A DNA stretch of 64,000 bases from Patescibacteria group bacterium (GTDB lineage: Bacteria; Patescibacteriota; Minisyncoccia; Phycocordibacterales; EsbW-18): NCBI GenBank assembly GCA_038063815.1, contig JBBTUJ010000003.1:12965-76964 (forward strand), in the 5' to 3' direction. The position numbers and the translations under genes are program-made. Positions 1 to 7,971 of the stretch are shown here, one piece after another (position 1 is the stretch's first letter; each line of letters opens with the position of its first letter). The notes beneath the pieces are model-generated. The model was not told the origin of the DNA, did no database searches, and saw nothing but the letters and a program-made list of their open reading frames with translations.

Positions 1-18
1 ACCAACGACCGACAACTA
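1..18. repeat. Left arm of heptamer tandem array (truncated by window edge)
   Basis: ACCAACG-ACCGACA-ACTA; identical to 34052-34069. Confidence 0.7.
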
Positions 19-26
19 GAGAAACG

Positions 27-383
27 TCAGTCAAGGGATCTTTTAAACCCACCTATCTGTCTTGCCAGGGTTTCTGTTTTTTCTCGAATACCTTTCTGTT
101 GTAGAGCGTCAAGTATATTAATCTTACACAACGTATCTACTGCTGCTCGGACTTCATAGAGAGAACCGAGTGCGATATCCAGAAATCTCTTTAAATCTGC
201 GTCTGTTTTCTTTCCGCTACCTTCGGCAATATTTAAAATGACCGAAAAAGCAGCTCTGTTCAACTGACTTCCCAGATCAAACCGGTACTCTCTCGGAATA
301 GTTCGAACCAAAGCAGATATCTCGATAAACAGATCTTGAGCAAGTGTGTAAATATTCCAATCCAGAAAACGAAATTGCTTCAT
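27..383 (-). CDS. Four helix bundle protein (23S rRNA IVP / Avd-like family)
   Basis: F..LD.W..Y..A, EYRFDLGSQLNRAAFSVILNIAEGSG, RFLDIALGSLYEV family motifs; likely start MKQFRF at 383. Confidence 0.9.
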   Translation of the reverse strand: MKQFRFLDWNIYTLAQDLFIEISALVRTIPREYRFDLGSQLNRAAFSVILNIAEGSGKKTDADLKRFLDIALGSLYEVRAAVDTLCKINILDALQQKGIREKTETLARQIGGFKRSLD

Positions 384-448
384 GAACGTAAAGGATGTTC
401 CTTCTCCCATAAAAACTTTATAAAACATCTCTTCTGGGCTCTTCGTTC

Positions 449-486
449 TGGTTGTTGGTTGTAGGTTGTGGGTTGTGGGTTACAAT
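449..486 (+). repeat. Heptamer tandem array (nGGTTGT)x5 ending in a TACAAT -10 box
   Basis: tggttgt tggttgt aggttgt gggttgt gggttac aat; ATG follows 7 nt after TACAAT. Confidence 0.85.
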
Positions 487-493
487 ATATTCC

Positions 494-1174
494 ATGGCCC
501 AAGCGCAAAAGGCAAAAGCGACGCAAGAATTTGTTCCTATTAAGGAAATACGGAGTGGCATCGTTGTTCTTAAAGACAACTCGTTGCGTTCCGTTCTCTT
601 GGCATCATCCTTGAACTTCGCGCTTAAATCAGAGGATGAACAAACCGCGATAATCTTGCAGTTCCAGAACATGCTGAATTCGCTTGAGTTCCCCATGCAA
701 TTCTTCATACAGTCCCGCGAGCTTGATATCCGGCCCTATCTTGCTCTCCTTGAGGCACAACTTAAAGAACAAACGATCGAACTCATCAAAGTACAGACGC
801 GCGAGTACATCGAGTTCGTCAAGGGATTTACAGAGAACGTGAACATCATGTCGAAGAGTTTCTTCGTTGTTGTTCCCTATAACCCCGCGGTTATCAAATC
901 AAAGGGTGGCGTGTCGGGTGTTCTTGGTGGGCTTATTGGAAAGAACAGAAACGACGCAGAGACGCGCCTCAGTCTCTTTGAAGAATCCCGGAGTCAACTC
1001 GAGCAACGAGTCGCCGTCATCACACAAGGACTCTCCCGCGCCGGCGTTCGCGCAATCCAGCTCGGAACAGAGGAGTTGGTGGAACTTTACTACAAACTCT
1101 TCAATCCGGGCGATTCGGAAAAACCTATCAAGATTGCAACCGACAGCCAACAAAAAAGTGCTGTAACTCGTTAG
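494..1174 (+). CDS. T4SS-associated protein (TraC/VirB4 N-terminal-like) preceding VirB4
   Basis: TQEFVPIKEIRSGIVVLKD..LRSVL..SSLNFALKSEDEQ..I..FQ..LNSL.FP.Q, typical of the gene upstream of CPR VirB4; start MAQAQK at 494. Confidence 0.7.
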   Translation: MAQAQKAKATQEFVPIKEIRSGIVVLKDNSLRSVLLASSLNFALKSEDEQTAIILQFQNMLNSLEFPMQFFIQSRELDIRPYLALLEAQLKEQTIELIKVQTREYIEFVKGFTENVNIMSKSFFVVVPYNPAVIKSKGGVSGVLGGLIGKNRNDAETRLSLFEESRSQLEQRVAVITQGLSRAGVRAIQLGTEELVELYYKLFNPGDSEKPIKIATDSQQKSAVTR

Positions 1175-1181
1175 CCATCGT

Positions 1182-3122
1182 ATGTCTATCTTTGATGTAT
1201 TCAAAAGAAAAAAAGGTGTAGACGTGGAGATAACTCCCGTTTTGCCAAAAGATATCTACGAAGCCGGCGTTCTTGAACTCAAAGATATTTTGGCGCCTTC
1301 TGCGCTCAAAATCACACCACGAGAGCTCAACCTCGGAGACAAGATCGTACGGACATTCTTTGTAATCTCGTACCCCCGCTTCGTTCCCGACAACTGGCTT
1401 TCTCCTATCATCAATCTCGATAAAGTATTCGATATCTCGATTTCTATTGTCCCTGTTGAAACGGCACAGGTCCTCAAAGATTTCAGAAAGAAGGTGGCTG
1501 AGGTACAAAGCCAGATACATATGCGAGAGGAACGCGGGCTTGTGCGCGACCCAATGCTCGATGCCGCATACCAAAACCTCGAGGGTCTACGCGACCAACT
1601 CCAGCAGGCAACAGAGAAACTTTTTGATGTTGGTCTCTATATTTCTGTCTATGCAGATAACGAGAACGAGCTCGATAAACTGGAATCCGAGATTCGTTCG
1701 ATTCTTGAAGCGCGTTTGGTGTACCTCAAACCAGCCCTTTTTCAGCAAGAACAGGGGTTCAGGAGCGTTGTTCCTATGAATACAGATGAGCTCCAGGTTC
1801 ACTCAAAACTGAACACATCTCCTCTCTCAAGCTTCTTCCCATTCGTGTCGTTTGACCTCACGTCGGACAAGGGAATCCTCTACGGTATCAACAGACACAA
1901 CTCTTCTCTCATTCTCTTTGACCGATTTTCGCTTCCGAACTACAACTCGGTCACATTCGCAACATCTGGTGCAGGAAAAAGTTACGCGACGAAGCTCGAG
2001 ATTCTCCGTACGCTCATGTTCGATACCGAGGTCATCGTGATTGACCCCGAGCGCGAGTACGAGTTCATGGTTGAAGCAATGGGTGGGAGGTATTTCAATA
2101 TTTCTCTGACATCTGAACACCACATCAACCCATTCGACCTCCCTCCGGTCAAAGAAGACGAGTCACCATCAAATGTGTTGCGCTCGCACATCGTCACCTT
2201 GGTCGGGCTTTTCCGAATTATGTTCGGCGGACTGACACCAGAAGAGGACGCTATCATTGACCGCGCAATAAGCGAAACATACGCGCTCAAAGACATAACT
2301 GGTGATACTGACTTTTCAGGAAACCAGCCGCCGCTTCTTTCTGACTTTGAACTCGTCCTTGCCGGCATGCAGGGTGGGGAATCGCTCGTTCAACGTTTGA
2401 CCAAGTACACGAAAGGGACGTGGTCTGGATTCATCAATAATCCTTCGAATGTTGATATCAACAAAAAGTTCGTCGTCTTTTCTGTGCGCGACATGGAAGA
2501 TGAACTAAAACCCGTCGCGATGTACCTGGTCACACACTACATCTGGAGCGCCGTACGGAAAAACATCAAGAAACGACTCCTTGTCGTCGACGAAGCGTGG
2601 TGGATGATGAAATCAGAGGATACTGCGTCTCTCTTGTTCGGACTCGCAAAGCGAGGACGAAAATACTACCTCGGCATCGCAACGATTACGCAGGACGTCG
2701 GTGACTTCTTGCGCTCGCCATACGGGCTCCCCATCATCACGAACTCATCTATCCAACTTCTCCTCAAACAATCCCCCTCATCGATTGATCTCGTACAGAG
2801 AACATTCAACCTCACCGACGAAGAGAAGTATCTGCTCCTTGAATCGGAAGTCGGTGAAGGAATCTTCTTCGCAGGACTCAAACACGTGGCATCAAAAACG
2901 ATCGCCTCATACACAGAGGACCAAATCATTACATCCGATCCCTCGCAGATCTTGGCAATCAAAAAGTCCCGTGAAGAGTATCGTGCCGCACGAAAAAACC
3001 TCGACGGAGAGCAGGACGCTGGGACATCCGCATCACCACAATCAAATCCAAACGAACCATCGACCCCATCCGCTCCCGAGACCCTCACAAAGGGTGTAGA
3101 ATTAAAGAACGTGCTGGAATAG
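1182..3122 (+). CDS. virB4: VirB4-like (DUF87/TraE-like) type IV secretion ATPase
   Basis: Walker A ATSGAGKS, VIDPEREY, Walker B LLVVDEAWWMM, KRGRKY..ITQDV. Confidence 0.88.
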   Translation: MSIFDVFKRKKGVDVEITPVLPKDIYEAGVLELKDILAPSALKITPRELNLGDKIVRTFFVISYPRFVPDNWLSPIINLDKVFDISISIVPVETAQVLKDFRKKVAEVQSQIHMREERGLVRDPMLDAAYQNLEGLRDQLQQATEKLFDVGLYISVYADNENELDKLESEIRSILEARLVYLKPALFQQEQGFRSVVPMNTDELQVHSKLNTSPLSSFFPFVSFDLTSDKGILYGINRHNSSLILFDRFSLPNYNSVTFATSGAGKSYATKLEILRTLMFDTEVIVIDPEREYEFMVEAMGGRYFNISLTSEHHINPFDLPPVKEDESPSNVLRSHIVTLVGLFRIMFGGLTPEEDAIIDRAISETYALKDITGDTDFSGNQPPLLSDFELVLAGMQGGESLVQRLTKYTKGTWSGFINNPSNVDINKKFVVFSVRDMEDELKPVAMYLVTHYIWSAVRKNIKKRLLVVDEAWWMMKSEDTASLLFGLAKRGRKYYLGIATITQDVGDFLRSPYGLPIITNSSIQLLLKQSPSSIDLVQRTFNLTDEEKYLLLESEVGEGIFFAGLKHVASKTIASYTEDQIITSDPSQILAIKKSREEYRAARKNLDGEQDAGTSASPQSNPNEPSTPSAPETLTKGVELKNVLE

Positions 3123-3134
3123 CGGCCGTTCTTC

Positions 3135-3635
3135 ATGGCAGAACCTTCAAAAAAGCGCATTAGTAACACGACCGCAATGTTGCTTTTTGCTGTTGCGATT
3201 GTTTTTGACCTCATCAGTATTATTCCTTTTGTTGGGCAGTTCATCTCGACCGTTGGAGGAGCGGTGACTTTTTTTATCTGGTTCACAATCCTTGGCATTC
3301 CTTTGATAAGTCCTAAGAAAATCGCCTCATGGGGACTTAACCTCGCCGTTGAAGCATTTCCTGTACTCGGGTCTGTGTGGCCTGGTATAACTGCCGGTGT
3401 TATACTCATGGTGCTCATCACGCGCACCGAGGATACGTTGGGTGTTCAGATTCTTAAGACGAAAGGTGTCCCAGGACCCACACAAGCAAAAGCAACGCGA
3501 CGCATCCAAAATCCGGGTCGGGCGCTCGAGGCGCGAGCCCGCCTCGACCGGATGCAAGAAACACGAGCTCGCGCTGAAACACCAGCCAAAAAAACACCTC
3601 GGGTTGGAAACGACCTTACAGGAGACATCTCATGA
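3135..3635 (+). CDS. Membrane protein of the T4SS-like cluster
   Basis: 3-4 hydrophobic segments followed by a basic tail; stop overlaps next start (ATGA). Confidence 0.65.
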   Translation: MAEPSKKRISNTTAMLLFAVAIVFDLISIIPFVGQFISTVGGAVTFFIWFTILGIPLISPKKIASWGLNLAVEAFPVLGSVWPGITAGVILMVLITRTEDTLGVQILKTKGVPGPTQAKATRRIQNPGRALEARARLDRMQETRARAETPAKKTPRVGNDLTGDIS

Positions 3636-4351
3636 AATACTTTTTGTACAGCGTCTGTTTTCTTTTTATCGCCGGGCTTCTGGTGACCTCCGTGTACGCA
3701 CAAGTAAACGTGACAACGGAGTTCGTTCCGACCAATACTACACTGGTATGGGAGGCGGAATCCTACACGCCGCCATTCTACAAAGGAAAGGCGCTGTATC
3801 CGACAGGTGGCACGGTACACGTTGTTGCGTTCCCTCCAGAGGGAGTCGGCAATCCCGAAACGCTGACCTATACATGGAAGGTTGATGGCGAAGTCCAAGG
3901 AGATCTGTCCGGTGTTGGAAGGCAGACATTTGTTTGGAGTGGAGGTCTTTTTAGCGGATCTCCCTTGATTGTTGTTGAGGTGTCGTCAGCCGCCGGAACG
4001 CATGGTGTTGGCGCAACGCGTATACCGGAAACAAATCCGGGAATCCTTCTGTACCAAGATGCTCCACTTGTTGGTATCCTTTTTAACACCGCCTTCACCG
4101 CTCATCCTTCGAATGAAATTGCCGTCGAAGCATACCCCCTCTTTTTTTCAACACAAACAAGAAACGAGCAACCTCTTCGCTATACGTGGTTTGCGGGAAA
4201 TACCGCATTACAAAATCCGCTCGACACACCAGCACGCATCGTGGTACGAACCGAGAACCCTGGGACAACAACGCTTTCGGTACGCGTCGAGAATGACAAC
4301 AACCTTCTTGAGTCGGCACGTGGAGAAATGACCATTCGTCTCACAGAATAA
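3632..4351 (+). CDS. Secreted beta-rich (Ig/PKD-like) protein
   Basis: Signal peptide ending VYA; WEAESYTPPFYKGKAL; two YTW motifs. Confidence 0.65.
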   Translation: MKYFLYSVCFLFIAGLLVTSVYAQVNVTTEFVPTNTTLVWEAESYTPPFYKGKALYPTGGTVHVVAFPPEGVGNPETLTYTWKVDGEVQGDLSGVGRQTFVWSGGLFSGSPLIVVEVSSAAGTHGVGATRIPETNPGILLYQDAPLVGILFNTAFTAHPSNEIAVEAYPLFFSTQTRNEQPLRYTWFAGNTALQNPLDTPARIVVRTENPGTTTLSVRVENDNNLLESARGEMTIRLTE

Positions 4352-4352
4352 A

Positions 4353-5189
4353 ATGAAAACCTCAACAAAACTTCTTGTTCATTGTTCATTGTTCATTGTT
4401 TCTTTTTTTGCGATTACGGGCGTTGTGCTCGCAGCAAATGACTATACCCTCCTCGCACCATCGGTGCCTTTTATTGGAAAAACATACACCCCAGGAAATC
4501 TCGCGGGATACCTCCAGGGTATCTTTCGTTTGGGCATCGGGATTGCTGTTACGCTCGCAATTCTTATTCTCGTCAAAAATGGAATCCAGTGGATGGTTTC
4601 CGATGTCGCAGGAAAAAAAGAAGAGGTAAAAGATTGGTCGTGGGACGCCATTCTCGGACTTCTTCTCGCGTTTTCCGCATGGCTCATTCTAAGTACCATA
4701 AACCCAGATCTTGTTAAATTTAAACTCGTACAGACAATTAAAGATGCCAAAGAACAAGCACTTCGTCCTCCCGTTGGGGGTACGGTAACAACGGTAGGAA
4801 AACCGTGGCCAGACGACTCAAAGGAAAGAGGTCTGCTTGATGCTGGGGGCGTTCATGTAAAGACACCAACGTGCAAGACAGATGTTCAAAAGGGCTGTAC
4901 GAGCGTTGCGGGTCTTTCTCAAACGTCAATCTCTAAACTCATCCAGTTAAAGGCGAAGTGTAAGTGCGAGGTATTCATTTCGGGCGGAACAGAGTATTGG
5001 TTACACAAAACTCACGGCGGAAACAATACTGTTGATATTCGTAATTATGCTGACTTAGCTGCATATTTGGGAGGTATGGGAGAAAAGTGCGGAGACACAA
5101 AACCAAAAGATGGTTTGACGTTTCACTGGGAAGACAAAAGTTGTCCGTGGGCCACCGCAGGAGATGGTCACTGGCACGTTCCTTTGTAA
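4353..5189 (+). CDS. VirB2/TrbC-like CPR pilin with C-terminal putative Zn-peptidase (M15/LAS-like) domain
   Basis: Signal peptide, YTLLAP, two TM helices ..GIQWMVS..A(I)LGLLLAFSAWLILSTINPDLV; C-terminal H-x6-D (HGGNNTVD) and HWH. Confidence 0.72.
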   Translation: MKTSTKLLVHCSLFIVSFFAITGVVLAANDYTLLAPSVPFIGKTYTPGNLAGYLQGIFRLGIGIAVTLAILILVKNGIQWMVSDVAGKKEEVKDWSWDAILGLLLAFSAWLILSTINPDLVKFKLVQTIKDAKEQALRPPVGGTVTTVGKPWPDDSKERGLLDAGGVHVKTPTCKTDVQKGCTSVAGLSQTSISKLIQLKAKCKCEVFISGGTEYWLHKTHGGNNTVDIRNYADLAAYLGGMGEKCGDTKPKDGLTFHWEDKSCPWATAGDGHWHVPL

Positions 5190-5200
5190 GTAAGATGTAT

Positions 5201-6478
5201 ATGCCCAAAAAAGTATCCCTCATTCTTACGCTTATCGTCATCCTCGCACTTGTCGGTGGCGTTTGGTTTTGGTTCGCATACATCCACACACCAGCCTCCG
5301 AATCTCCCACAACAGAAGAGTCGCGGGGTGGATTTTTCTCTTTCTTTGGTAACTACTTCGGTGGAAGTGGTGAGCCGGGGACACAGACCCCAACCAACGA
5401 AACCCCGGAAGTGCTTGCTCCCGCGTTCTCATTCCGAGAGCGTCTTACAAAGGAACGAATGCTCTCTCTTTCAGATGTTCCTCTTTCGGGTACAACGTTT
5501 GCACTCATGCGCAAAGGAACGACGACCCCCGCACTGTTCGACGAGCAGGTTCGGTTTGTTGAGAGAGAAACGGGGCACGTTGTTGACCTCTCAATCACAA
5601 CAGGGGACACCGAGCGCATCTCAAACACAACAATCCCCGGTATTCAAGAGACCATCTGGGGCAATGGCGGAAACACAGTTGCCCTTCGTTACCTCGCAGA
5701 AGATAGCGAAACGATAGAGACCTTTGTGGGAACGCTTCCGACAACAACTCCTGTTATGAACACGGACCTTGTTGGAACATTTTTTCCGCAAAACATCACA
5801 TCTCTCGCCATGCGTCCGACGAACGGAGAGGTGTTCTATGTCATCAAAAATCAAGATGGGGCGGCAGGACGTATTACAAATGTCGCAGGCACGAACACCC
5901 GAACTCTCTTTTCTTCTCCTCTTCGTGAGTGGGCCGCGCTCTGGACAAGCCCTTTAATCACCCTCACCACAAAACCGTCTGCACGAGCGACCGGATCTGC
6001 ACACTCTCTTAACCCATCAACGGGAGCGCTTGTACGGCTCACCCCAAACACATCGGGGCTAACTGTTCTTATGAACACGGAGCAAACTCGCGTGCTCTAT
6101 ACCAACACCACCCCTTCTACGGTTTCACTCTTTATACTCAACCTCACCACACAAGAAACATGGACTGTGCCCTTGAGAACTCTTCCAGAAAAGTGTGTGT
6201 GGCGAGATGAAACGAACCTCATATGCGCTGTACCGGACAACGTCCCTGGAAATATGCCCGACATTTGGTACCAAGGACGCGTGTCACTTTCCGATACCTT
6301 ATGGGCAATCGACACCGAAACCAAACTTGTTGATTTCCTCATCTCACCAGAGGAAATTATTGGAGAGGGTGTTGATGCGATTGGGCTTTCACTTTCTTCA
6401 GACGGCACAATTCTCTCGTTCATCAATAAAAAAGATCTGCGTGGTTGGATCGCAGATGTTACGTCAACCAACAACTAG
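5201..6478 (+). CDS. Membrane-anchored beta-propeller-like protein
   Basis: N-terminal TM, ISNTTIPGI, TLPEKCVW, CAVP, WYQG, LSFINKKD; start at 5195 or 5201. Confidence 0.7.
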   Translation: MPKKVSLILTLIVILALVGGVWFWFAYIHTPASESPTTEESRGGFFSFFGNYFGGSGEPGTQTPTNETPEVLAPAFSFRERLTKERMLSLSDVPLSGTTFALMRKGTTTPALFDEQVRFVERETGHVVDLSITTGDTERISNTTIPGIQETIWGNGGNTVALRYLAEDSETIETFVGTLPTTTPVMNTDLVGTFFPQNITSLAMRPTNGEVFYVIKNQDGAAGRITNVAGTNTRTLFSSPLREWAALWTSPLITLTTKPSARATGSAHSLNPSTGALVRLTPNTSGLTVLMNTEQTRVLYTNTTPSTVSLFILNLTTQETWTVPLRTLPEKCVWRDETNLICAVPDNVPGNMPDIWYQGRVSLSDTLWAIDTETKLVDFLISPEEIIGEGVDAIGLSLSSDGTILSFINKKDLRGWIADVTSTNN

Positions 6479-6515
6479 TGCTTTGTTTAGTTGTTGGTTG
6501 TTGGTTGTTGGTTTT
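6465..6515. repeat. Inverted heptamer arrays forming a hairpin at a convergent gene junction
   Basis: caaccaacaacta (6465-6477) is the perfect reverse complement of tagttgttggttg (6488-6500); array continues to 6515. Confidence 0.75.
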
Positions 6516-7233
6516 CGGCCGTTATTTTTTTCCTTGTCCACCATTCTTGCCCGATTGAGAATAGGTTTGATGTCGTCCAATAGAGCGCAACCGATGCGGG
6601 TAGCGCAGAAGCGATAAAGACGATGACAACGGGGAAGATGTATTTCATCTGGAACTGCAAACTCTTACTGAACTCGTTCCCGAATGATGGCTTGGTGTCT
6701 TTCTTTGTCTCAGGAACGCGCATGAGCTTCGCTTGGAAGAATTGTGAGACGCCGGCAAGGATAGCGATAGGAATACTCCTTACTGTCACGTCCACAAGTC
6801 CCAGGAACATCGTATTGATGTGTGACGGGGCATCAACGAATGAGTAGAGGAATGTGGGGTCTATCGCGGGAAAACCGGCCCGCAGAACCATGAAATAGAG
6901 ACCGAAAATGATCGGAATCTGAATGAAAAGAAAGAGGATATTCGAGAACGGATTAACCTTGTTGTTCCGATAGAGCTCCATCATCTTCACTGCCTGCTCT
7001 TGTTTGTCGTTCTTGTACTTCTCTTTAATGGCATCCATCTCCGGTTGGAGTTTTTGCACCATGAGTTGGGTGCGGACCGATTTTTGCGCGATAGGGAAGA
7101 GGATGAGTCGAATCACGCACGTGAAGACAATCACGATTACCCCGAGATCTGCCCAGGGAAGCGCCTGCATCAAAAGAACAATCCCGTTATACAAAGGTGT
7201 GGTAACAAACGTTCCGAATATGCTGTGTGACAT
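6487..7233 (-). CDS. yidC: Membrane protein insertase YidC/Oxa1
   Basis: IRLILFP, LQPEMDAIKEKYK, MELYR..VNPFS, IQIPI, ALYWTTSNLFSIGQ; rnpA-rpmH synteny. Confidence 0.95.
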   Translation of the reverse strand: MSHSIFGTFVTTPLYNGIVLLMQALPWADLGVIVIVFTCVIRLILFPIAQKSVRTQLMVQKLQPEMDAIKEKYKNDKQEQAVKMMELYRNNKVNPFSNILFLFIQIPIIFGLYFMVLRAGFPAIDPTFLYSFVDAPSHINTMFLGLVDVTVRSIPIAILAGVSQFFQAKLMRVPETKKDTKPSFGNEFSKSLQFQMKYIFPVVIVFIASALPASVALYWTTSNLFSIGQEWWTRKKITAENQQPTTNN

Positions 7234-7254
7234 AGAAAGTAGTATACCTCGGCA

Positions 7255-7626
7255 CTAACTTTTGCGCATTCGGACATCCGATGTCCCGTCTTCGGACATC
7301 GAATATTCGAAAAGAAGATTCTTTATTTCCACCTCAAGTTCTTTGAACGAGAGTTCTGGTGCATTCTTTTTTGCAAACAACACATATCGACCGGGAGAGA
7401 TCGGTGTGTTTTTTTCCGACCGACGGAACACGTCATACACGCGGCGCTTGAGTTTGTGTCGCGCAACCGCTGTCCGTGCGACCTTTTTTGAAACAACAAC
7501 AGAGAAACGTGATGCCACGTCAGCGTGTGACACGGCGCGAAGAGAGAAGTGGGTGGCATGAAAAACCTGTCCGTCGCGTCCCGACGGAAATTCCTGCCGT
7601 GTTATACGACGCCTCTTTGAAAACAT
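7255..7626 (-). CDS. rnpA: Ribonuclease P protein component
   Basis: RFSVVVSKKVARTAVARHKLKRR (RNR-like motif); start MFSKRRR. Confidence 0.9.
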   Translation of the reverse strand: MFSKRRRITRQEFPSGRDGQVFHATHFSLRAVSHADVASRFSVVVSKKVARTAVARHKLKRRVYDVFRRSEKNTPISPGRYVLFAKKNAPELSFKELEVEIKNLLFEYSMSEDGTSDVRMRKS

Positions 7627-7627
7627 A

Positions 7628-7712
7628 TAGAACGTATTTAAAACACGATTTGCTGCGCTGCCCGCTCCGGTCCTCGCCCGCGCCTTGCCTCTCATGTTTT
7701 AAATACGTTCTA
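7628..7712. mobile_element. MITE-like element with perfect 18-bp terminal inverted repeats
   Basis: tagaacgtatttaaaaca (7628-7645) / tgttttaaatacgttcta (7695-7712), GC-rich core. Confidence 0.55.
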
Positions 7713-7717
7713 GTGGG

Positions 7718-7852
7718 TTAGACAGTGAGTCGTTTTCGTCCTTTACTACGACGACGCGCGATTATGTTCCGTCCCGTCTTCGATTTCATACGGAGACGAA
7801 ACCCGTGTGTTTTTGCCCGCTTTCTCTTTTTTGGTTGATATGTTCTTTTCAT
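7718..7852 (-). CDS. rpmH: 50S ribosomal protein L34 (absent from ORF track)
   Basis: Manual translation [44 protein letters not shown]. Confidence 0.97.
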   Translation of the reverse strand: MKRTYQPKKRKRAKTHGFRLRMKSKTGRNIIARRRSKGRKRLTV

Positions 7853-7864
7853 AACTTTAATTGT

Positions 7865-7892
7865 GTGTTGTTGGTCGTTGGTTGTCGGTTAA
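7865..7892. repeat. Heptamer array upstream of rpmH
   Basis: gtgttgt tggtcgt tggttgt cggttaa; reverse complement resembles the arm at 1-18. Confidence 0.65.
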
Positions 7893-7971
7893 TTTGTCCC
7901 CACATTATTAACATAGTTATCTCCTTCTCACAAGTTCTCTCGGCACACCACTCATCTATAATGAACACTCT

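Noticed and set aside
27-428. Four-helix-bundle gene as the Avd of a diversity-generating retroelement or an rRNA intervening sequence
   Set aside because: No reverse transcriptase, TR/VR pair or rRNA sequence is visible in the window; sequence upstream of base 1 is unseen
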